From an uncultured Gemmiger sp. (lineage in GTDB: Bacteria; Bacillota; Clostridia; Oscillospirales; Ruminococcaceae): a stretch of DNA of 64,000 bases. The stretch lies in assembly GCF_944388125.1 (NCBI RefSeq), contig NZ_CALXHO010000003.1. One strand, given 5' to 3'. Of the stretch, positions 57,154 to 64,000 are shown piece by piece. The position numbers were made by a program, and so were the translations under genes. Numbering within the stretch: position 1 is the first letter of the stretch; the number at the start of each line of letters is the position of its first letter. The notes beneath the pieces were generated by a model, which did no database searches, was not told the DNA's origin, and saw only the letters and a program-made list of their open reading frames with translations.

Positions 57154-59211
57154 ATGGGATATCGCATCTGGCAGCAAAAGACGCAGGATGCTCAGGCAGA
57201 AAAGGACCTGACCGCGGCAGGCTGCGGCAAACTGCTGGCAAGGGTTCTGGTGGCCCGCGGATGCCGGACCCCGGAACAGGCCAGAAGCCTGCTGGATGCG
57301 GAAGCCCCCCTGTCCGATCCGTTTCTGATGAAAGATATGGACAAAGCGGTGGACCGCCTGCATCGTGCCCTTGAGGAGGAGGAAGCCATTGTCATCTACG
57401 GCGACTACGACGTGGACGGTGTTTCCGCCACGGCACTGCTGTATGAGTATCTGACCAACCTTGGTGCGCAGGTCCGCTGCAAACTGCCGCTCCGAACCGA
57501 GGGCGGCTACGGCCTCAATCGTCCGGCCCTGAAAAAACTGGCGGATAAGGGATACCATCTTGTAATCACGGTGGATAACGGCATTGCCGCGGTGGAGGAA
57601 GCCGCCTATGCCAGGGAGCTGGGGATCGACCTCGTCATAACCGACCACCATCTGCCGTCGGGAGAACTGCCGCAGGCGGTGGCGGTCGTCGACCCCAACC
57701 GTCCCGATGATGAGAGCCCATTTAAATCTCTGTGCGGCGCTGGGGTGGCCTTCAAGCTTTGCGCTGCGATGGAAGGCTGTGACCCTGCGGAACTGCTGGA
57801 CGTCTGCGGAGATCTGGCCGCCATCGGCACCATCGCCGATGTGGTCCCCCTGGTAGGAGAAAACCGCACCCTTGTGCGGGAAGGCCTAGCCCTCCTGCAG
57901 GACACCGTCCGTCCCGGTCTTGCCGCCTTGCTGGAAGCTTCCGGCTGCGCGGGCAAGGCCATCACCTCCGAGACGGTGGGGTACAGCATTGCACCCCGCC
58001 TCAATGCGGCAGGCCGGATGGACACAGCGGCAACCGCCCTCAAACTTCTTTTGTGCTCTCACGAGGAACAGGCCACCGGCATTGCCGCACGCCTGACCGA
58101 GATCAACACCGACCGCCAGCACACCGAACAGGATGTACTTGCCGCGGCGCTGAAGCAGCTGGATGCCGACCCCGCCCGGGGCCATGACCGGGTGCTGGTG
58201 GTATGGGGGGAAAACTGGCATCCCGGTGTGCTGGGTATTGTGGCCAGCCGCCTGACCGAGCGTTTCGGCCGCCCGTCCATCGTCATTTCGGTGGCGGACG
58301 GGGAAGGGCGCGGCAGCGGCCGTGCTCCCCGCAGTTTCAATCTGCACGGGGCATTGCAGGGCTGCGCAAGCCTTTTGAGCCGCTATGGCGGCCATGCGGC
58401 AGCGGCAGGCCTGACCATCGACGAGGAAAATCTGCCCGCTTTCCGCCAGGCGGTCAACCACTGGGCGGAACAAAATTACCCTGAGCCGGAACCGCCGCTT
58501 TTGGAGCTGGATGCCCCCGCAACGGTGGCCGAACTGACGGTGCAGGAGGTCGCCCAGCTGGAGAAACTGGCGCCCTTCGGGGGCGGCAACCATCAGCCGC
58601 TGTTCTTCATTGAAAATGCCGTTCTGGATGGTGTCTGGCCCATGGGGGCAGAGAAACGGCATTGCCGGATCCGTCTGCGGCAGGGGGCGGATTGCTGCTT
58701 TGCCTCGCTGTTCGGCACGCCGCCGGAGGATCTGCCTTACCGGGTGGGGACGATGGTGGATGCCGCGGTGGAAGCCGGGATCTACCAAGGACGCAGCGGC
58801 CCCGCGGTATCGGTGCATATCCGGGCCTTGCGTCCGGCGGGCCTGGGAGACGGGCCGGTGCGGCAGGCCGCTCTGCTGGATGATTTCCTGGCAGGGCGGG
58901 CGATTACCCGGGAACAGGCGCAGGCCTTTTCCCCTGACCGGACGGATACCGTCGCACTTTACCGCATGATCCAGGCGGGAAATGTCTACGCGGAGGACCT
59001 GCAGCCAGTGTTTGCGGCACTGGGAAGCGACAAGGCGGGCAAGGTTCTGGTCAGTCTGGAAGCTTTGAGGGAACTCGGCCTTGTGGAGCGCCGCGGCGCC
59101 CGGTATCTGCCGGCTGCGGTGGATGGCAAGAAAGACCTGATGAGTGCACCGGTTCTGCGCCGGATGGCAAAAATGGCGGCGGAACCGGACGATGCCACGC
59201 AGGAACACTAA
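57154..59211 (+). CDS. recJ: ssDNA exonuclease RecJ
   Basis: GDYDVDG, TVDNG, TDHH, PRLNAAGR, GGH..AAG. Confidence 0.96.
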   Translation: MGYRIWQQKTQDAQAEKDLTAAGCGKLLARVLVARGCRTPEQARSLLDAEAPLSDPFLMKDMDKAVDRLHRALEEEEAIVIYGDYDVDGVSATALLYEYLTNLGAQVRCKLPLRTEGGYGLNRPALKKLADKGYHLVITVDNGIAAVEEAAYARELGIDLVITDHHLPSGELPQAVAVVDPNRPDDESPFKSLCGAGVAFKLCAAMEGCDPAELLDVCGDLAAIGTIADVVPLVGENRTLVREGLALLQDTVRPGLAALLEASGCAGKAITSETVGYSIAPRLNAAGRMDTAATALKLLLCSHEEQATGIAARLTEINTDRQHTEQDVLAAALKQLDADPARGHDRVLVVWGENWHPGVLGIVASRLTERFGRPSIVISVADGEGRGSGRAPRSFNLHGALQGCASLLSRYGGHAAAAGLTIDEENLPAFRQAVNHWAEQNYPEPEPPLLELDAPATVAELTVQEVAQLEKLAPFGGGNHQPLFFIENAVLDGVWPMGAEKRHCRIRLRQGADCCFASLFGTPPEDLPYRVGTMVDAAVEAGIYQGRSGPAVSVHIRALRPAGLGDGPVRQAALLDDFLAGRAITREQAQAFSPDRTDTVALYRMIQAGNVYAEDLQPVFAALGSDKAGKVLVSLEALRELGLVERRGARYLPAAVDGKKDLMSAPVLRRMAKMAAEPDDATQEH

Positions 59212-59232
59212 GTGCAAAGGGGAGGAAGGAAG

Positions 59233-61401
59233 ATGGAGAACACTGAGAAATTGCCGATCACCTATGAGGTGCTGAAACAGGAACTCAAGGACAGCGGCCG
59301 GCCCTACGACTTTGATATGATCGACCGGGCTTTCGCCCTGGCGGATCAGGCACACAGCGGGCAGCGCCGCCGCAGCGGGGAGCCGTACATCTGCCACCCG
59401 CTCAGCGTTGCGCAGATCCTGATCGACCTGGGTATGGACAGCGAAAGTATCGCGGCCGCACTGATGCATGATGTTGCCGAGGATACGGATGTCACCATTG
59501 ATGAGATCCGGGCAAAATTCGGGCCGGAAGTTGCACTTCTTGTAGATGGCGTCACCAAACTGACCCAGATCAAGTTCTCCAATGTGGAGGACCGGCAGGC
59601 GGAAAACCTGCGCAAGATGCTGCTGGCCATGAGTCAGGACGTCCGTGTCATGATCATCAAGCTGAGCGACCGCCTGCACAATATGCGCACCGGAGATGCC
59701 TGGCCCGAGCAGAAGCGCCGGGACAAGGCCCTGGAAACGATGGAGGTCTATGCCCCCATCGCCCATCGTCTGGGCATTTCCAATATCAAGGAAGAACTGG
59801 AGGACCGCAGCCTGCGGTATCTGGACCCGGTGGGCTACAATACCATCCGGGATCTGCTGAACAAACACGGCGACGAATTTCTGCACAGTGTCTGCGACAC
59901 CATCTCGGCCCATCTCACCGAGAACGGCATTGAGAACGCAAAGATCAAATACCGGGTCAAGAGCGTCTACGGCATCTACCGCAAGATGTATATGCAGAAC
60001 AAGGAGTTCGAGGAAATCTACGACATCTATGCGGTTCGGATTATCCTGAACAGCGTGGCTGAATGCTACACCGCCCTGGGCCTGATCCACGATATGTACC
60101 ACCCGCTGCCCAACCGGTTCAAGGATTACATCTCGACGCCCAAGCCCAATGGGTATCAGAGCCTGCACACCACTGTCATCGGTCATGAAGCTCTGCCCTT
60201 TGAGGTACAGATCCGTACCTGGGACATGGACCGCCAGGCGGAGTACGGCATTGCTGCGCACTGGAAATACAAGGAGGGCATTACCGGCTCCAATGACAAG
60301 CTGGAGGAGCGCCTTGCCTGGGTGCGCCAGCTGCTGGAAAGCCAGCGTTCCAGCGCCGATGCCACCGATCTGCTCAGCGATATCAAGAGCGATCTGCTGC
60401 CGGAAGAAGTTTTTGCCTTCACGCCCCGGGGCGATGTCATCAATCTGCCGGCGGGCGCTACGGTCATCGACTTTGCCTATGCCATTCACTCGGCGGTGGG
60501 CAACCGGATGATCGGCGCCAAGGTGAACAATCGGATTGTTCCCATCGACCATCAGGTGGTCACAGGCGAGATCATCGAGATCATTACGGGGCCGGAAAAC
60601 CGTGGCCCCAGCCGTGACTGGCTCAATATTGTCAAGACCAGCGAGGCCAAGAACAAGATCCGCAACTGGTTCAAGAAGGAACGCCGGGAAGAAAACATTG
60701 CCGAGGGCAAGGATGCTCTGGAGCGGGAACTGCGCCGCAACATGATGACCATTCCGCCCGAGGCCTACGACGAGTTCATGTCCAATCTGGCCCGGCGCAA
60801 CCGCTGCAACACGGTGGAGGAAATGTACGCTGCCATCGGTTACGGCGGCCTGCAGCTTTCCCGCATGCTCACCAAGATCAAGGACGAGTATGCCCGTCTC
60901 AAGGCCAGCGAACCCAAGCAGGTTACCCTGGATATCAAGCGGGTGCATTCCTCCGAGGGCGTCGTGGTGGAAGGCATCGACAACTGTCCCATCAAATTCG
61001 CCAAATGCTGCTCTCCGCTGCCCGGGGATGACATCATCGGTTTCGTCACACGGGGATTCGGTGTTTCCATCCACAAGCGGGACTGCAAGAACGTTCATGA
61101 GAGCATGCGCCATCCCGAAAATACCGACCGCTGGGTGCGGGCGTACTGGGATACCGGAGCCAAGGAACAGTACAGCGCCACGTTGGAACTGACCTGCATG
61201 GATCGTTCCAACCTGGTGTCGGACATTGCGCTGGCACTGTCGGACATGCGGGTGCCCATCTATTCCATGGCAGCACGGGCCTCCGAACAGGGGCGTGCGC
61301 ATATGAGCCTGACCATCGGCATCACCAACACCGAGCATCTCAACAATGTTGTGGCCAAACTGAAAAAAGTGCGGGATGTGGTCAGCGTTCTGCGCACCTG
61401 A
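59233..61401 (+). CDS. rel: Bifunctional (p)ppGpp synthetase/hydrolase Rel
   Basis: HD hydrolase LMHDVAED, DRLHNMRT, YQSLHT, EVQIRT, TGS, ZFD and ACT domains. Confidence 0.97.
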   Translation: MENTEKLPITYEVLKQELKDSGRPYDFDMIDRAFALADQAHSGQRRRSGEPYICHPLSVAQILIDLGMDSESIAAALMHDVAEDTDVTIDEIRAKFGPEVALLVDGVTKLTQIKFSNVEDRQAENLRKMLLAMSQDVRVMIIKLSDRLHNMRTGDAWPEQKRRDKALETMEVYAPIAHRLGISNIKEELEDRSLRYLDPVGYNTIRDLLNKHGDEFLHSVCDTISAHLTENGIENAKIKYRVKSVYGIYRKMYMQNKEFEEIYDIYAVRIILNSVAECYTALGLIHDMYHPLPNRFKDYISTPKPNGYQSLHTTVIGHEALPFEVQIRTWDMDRQAEYGIAAHWKYKEGITGSNDKLEERLAWVRQLLESQRSSADATDLLSDIKSDLLPEEVFAFTPRGDVINLPAGATVIDFAYAIHSAVGNRMIGAKVNNRIVPIDHQVVTGEIIEIITGPENRGPSRDWLNIVKTSEAKNKIRNWFKKERREENIAEGKDALERELRRNMMTIPPEAYDEFMSNLARRNRCNTVEEMYAAIGYGGLQLSRMLTKIKDEYARLKASEPKQVTLDIKRVHSSEGVVVEGIDNCPIKFAKCCSPLPGDDIIGFVTRGFGVSIHKRDCKNVHESMRHPENTDRWVRAYWDTGAKEQYSATLELTCMDRSNLVSDIALALSDMRVPIYSMAARASEQGRAHMSLTIGITNTEHLNNVVAKLKKVRDVVSVLRT

Positions 61402-61414
61402 ACGGAGTAATTGT

Positions 61415-63133
61415 ATGGAAAACCAACGGAATATCGCTCTTCGCCGGGGACTGTGCGCGCTGTTGGGCGCTGTGGCGGGAATCGCGGTATTTTGGATGCT
61501 GTACGGCACCATGACGCTGGATGTGACCCAGGACGGGTGGATTCTGAACGGTTACGACGAAACCGACATCCAGCAGCATTACGCCGGATGGGTGTTGTTC
61601 CGCAATTCCCATTGGACGTTTCCGCTGGGAATGTGCGATACGATGGCGGTGCCCGACGGAACCGTCATTTCCTACACTGACAGCCTGCCCTGGGTGAGTA
61701 TCTTCTTCAAACTGCTGCGCGGGATCTTGCCTTCTACCTTCCAGTGGTTCGGGTGGTATATCCTGTTTTGCTTTGCCATGCAGGGGGCTGCGGGAGCGTT
61801 GCTCTGTACCCGTGGCAGAATGCTTGCGTCCCGGCTTGCTCCGTTGTTCGGGGCAGTGGGCGGCCTGCTGTTTGCCTGTCTGCCTACCTTGTGGGAGCGG
61901 GCCTTTCGCCATGTGGCGCTGGCCTCCCAGTATCTGTTCCTTTTTGCGCTGTATGCATATCTGGAATACCGCACGGCCTTGCGGGCCGGCAGAGCACCGC
62001 GGTATGCCTGGTGGGTGTTTCCCATGCTGGGTTTTGCGGCGGTGGGCATCCATCCGTATTTCCTGCCGCCTGTCATGATCTGCGCTTTGCTGACAGCGGT
62101 GGACCTGGGTAGGATTGCCCGCCGACCCGGAGCAGGAGCCGGACTGTTCGGAGCCAGTATTGCTGCGGCACTGGCAGGTGGTGTCCTTACCGGGGCATTG
62201 GGCAGCGGTGTGGAGGTTTCCCGCTACGGATATGGAGAACTCTCCATGAACCTCAACGCGGCCTGGAACCCCAGCTCCCGCGGCGGGTATGCCTGGTCTA
62301 GAATTTTGCCGCAGCAGACCCAGTACGCGGGGCAGTATGACGGTTTCAATTATCTGGGCCTTGGCGTGCTGGTGCTGGCACTGGCCGCGCTGGGATACAG
62401 CCTTTGGAAAACACTGCACCAGCCGGGCTGTGCGCGCCGATGGTGGCAGCGCAACCTGCCCCTGGTGCTGGCCAGCCTTTTCCTGACCCTGTTTGCGGCC
62501 AGTAATAATCTGACTCTGGGAAACTGGAAAATCAGTATCCCTTTTCCCCAGGTTTTGACCGACCTGTGCGGGATTTTCCGATCAAGCGGCCGGATGTTCT
62601 ATCTGGTGGAGGCCTGCATCCTGCTGTTCGGCGTCTATACTCTGCGGGAGGCTGCCGGCAATTCCGGCCGGGGCCGTGTTTTGGCCTGTCTTCTTCTTGC
62701 ATCCGTGGCGGCGCTGCAGTTGTGGGATCTGTCCCTTGTTGCAGCCCAGAAGCGCCAGCTCTTTGAACAGCCGGTGGAAGCCACCGTTGTCAACGCGGAG
62801 CAGACCCAACACCTCGGCAGCGGTCATACGCAGCTTCTCGCTGCGTCGGAACTGCGGGCGGACCGTACCCGGCGCCTGGCGATTCTGGCGGGCAAACAGG
62901 GGCTTGCCACCAATATTTCCATCGCAGTATCCGGCAGTTATCCCGGTGCGGAAGAGTCCGCCCGGCAGGCGGGGGCGCTGCTGGATGGCGGGCAGTATGA
63001 TCCCGACGCTGTCTATGTCACCAACGACGAAGCGCAATATAACCGGTGGCAGCAGATTTTTGCGGAGGATCCCGGTGTGCTGCTGTTCGTGACGGATTCC
63101 TGCTATTTCCTTGTGCCGCAGCCCACGGCCTGA
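61415..63133 (+). CDS. Polytopic membrane protein, DUF6311-like / putative GT-C glycosyltransferase
   Basis: D.QQHYAGW..FR...W.FPLG, YTDSLPW, IHPYF, DGFNYLGLG, FRSSGRM. Confidence 0.72.
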   Translation: MENQRNIALRRGLCALLGAVAGIAVFWMLYGTMTLDVTQDGWILNGYDETDIQQHYAGWVLFRNSHWTFPLGMCDTMAVPDGTVISYTDSLPWVSIFFKLLRGILPSTFQWFGWYILFCFAMQGAAGALLCTRGRMLASRLAPLFGAVGGLLFACLPTLWERAFRHVALASQYLFLFALYAYLEYRTALRAGRAPRYAWWVFPMLGFAAVGIHPYFLPPVMICALLTAVDLGRIARRPGAGAGLFGASIAAALAGGVLTGALGSGVEVSRYGYGELSMNLNAAWNPSSRGGYAWSRILPQQTQYAGQYDGFNYLGLGVLVLALAALGYSLWKTLHQPGCARRWWQRNLPLVLASLFLTLFAASNNLTLGNWKISIPFPQVLTDLCGIFRSSGRMFYLVEACILLFGVYTLREAAGNSGRGRVLACLLLASVAALQLWDLSLVAAQKRQLFEQPVEATVVNAEQTQHLGSGHTQLLAASELRADRTRRLAILAGKQGLATNISIAVSGSYPGAEESARQAGALLDGGQYDPDAVYVTNDEAQYNRWQQIFAEDPGVLLFVTDSCYFLVPQPTA

Positions 63134-63164
63134 ATACCGGAAACATGATTTTGGGAGGACGATT

Positions 63165-63620
63165 ATGAGAGCTGTGATACAACGGGTCGCACGGGCGTCC
63201 GTTACCGTCAACGGCGGCGAACCCCGCTCCATCGGCAGGGGCATTGTGATCCTGCTGGGTGTGGGAGATACTGATACTTTGGACATCGTGCCCAAGCTGG
63301 CGGAAAAGTGTGCTCATCTGCGCATTTTTGAGGATGAGCAGGGCAAACTCAACCGCAGCGCGGTGGAACTGGGGTACTCAGCTCTTGTGGTGAGCAACTT
63401 TACCCTCTACGGGGATACCTCGCGCGGCCGCCGCCCCAGCTTTATCCGTGCAGCCAAACCGCCGCTTTCGGTGGACGGCTATGAGGCCTTCCTCCGGGAG
63501 CTGTCCGCCCAGGGACTTGCCGGGGTGGAACACGGGGAGTTTGGGGCGGATATGCAGGTGGATCTGGTCAATGACGGTCCGGTGACCATCTGGATCGACA
63601 CCGACGACTGGAACCGCTGA
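63165..63620 (+). CDS. dtd: D-aminoacyl-tRNA deacylase
   Basis: MRAVIQRV, VSNFTL, GRRPSF, FGADM, NDGPVT. Confidence 0.96.
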   Translation: MRAVIQRVARASVTVNGGEPRSIGRGIVILLGVGDTDTLDIVPKLAEKCAHLRIFEDEQGKLNRSAVELGYSALVVSNFTLYGDTSRGRRPSFIRAAKPPLSVDGYEAFLRELSAQGLAGVEHGEFGADMQVDLVNDGPVTIWIDTDDWNR

Positions 63621-63649
63621 GAGACCCTCATACCAAAAGGAGAACCATC

Positions 63650-64000
63650 ATGAATCTGATTCATATCACGGCCTCTGCGCCGCTGTTTACCAACACCTTT
63701 TTGATCCTGACCAAGGCCGGCCATGCCGTTGCCATTGACCCGGCAGCAGATCCGGCAGTTTACCTGTGCCGCATTGAACAGGAAAACGTGCAGCTCACCC
63801 ATATCCTTTTGACCCATGGCCATTACGACCATGTGGGGGCTGTGGTGGAACTGCAGAAAAAGACAGGTGCGGCAGTGTACGTCCAGCCGGAGGATACCAA
63901 CAATCCTCCCATGTTCCCGCTGCCCTCCATCGGCACCGCCTACCCGGAGGATGGAATTCTCAGGATCGACGAACTGGAATTCCGTATCTGGCGCACCCCC
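63650..64000 (+). CDS. MBL-fold metallohydrolase (3'-truncated by window edge; absent from ORF track)
   Basis: AAAAGGAG RBS; MNLIHITAS...AIDP...LLTHGHYDHVGAV. Confidence 0.88.
   Translation, partial: MNLIHITASAPLFTNTFLILTKAGHAVAIDPAADPAVYLCRIEQENVQLTHILLTHGHYDHVGAVVELQKKTGAAVYVQPEDTNNPPMFPLPSIGTAYPEDGILRIDELEFRIWRTP

Noticed and set aside
57886-61512. 1208-aa antisense ORF over recJ-rel (likewise 28955-31210, 17961-19904, 42793-44775)
   Set aside because: Antisense shadows of well-supported genes in a high-GC genome

Overview
GC-rich chromosomal window from a gut clostridial Firmicute; gene content and order suggest Oscillospiraceae (Gemmiger/Subdoligranulum/Faecalibacterium-like), which is an inference. 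Most of it is core genome: ftsH (3' part), rluA, radC, hpf, tRNA-Ala, yicC-remA-gmk-priA-def-fmt-rsmB-rlmN-prpC-prkC-rsgA-thiN, rnpB, murA-walJ-rlmH, asnA, a heterodimeric ABC exporter, ispDF-cdaA-cdaR and recJ-rel-dtd. Sporulation genes are present: an unannotated 23-aa spoVM, sipL-like, spoIVA, yaaL, bofA, spoIVB and spo0A. I saw no transposase, integrase, prophage or CRISPR array. Main observations: (1) a complete bilQ-bilR-bilS bilirubin-reductase-type operon (HGDR motif) beside tRNA-Leu, whose sigmaA promoter is overlapped by two CTTGAC-N3-GTCAAG palindromes, a candidate BilQ operator, within a larger LysR/aldo-keto reductase/transporter block; (2) tandem LysM-G5-M23 peptidase paralogs, the first lacking the HxxxD zinc-ligand His; (3) spoVM-sipL-spoIVA together at one locus; (4) a Clp ATPase without the M-domain; (5) a Spo0A with a degenerate acidic pocket. 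All calls come from reading motifs by eye; no database searches were run.
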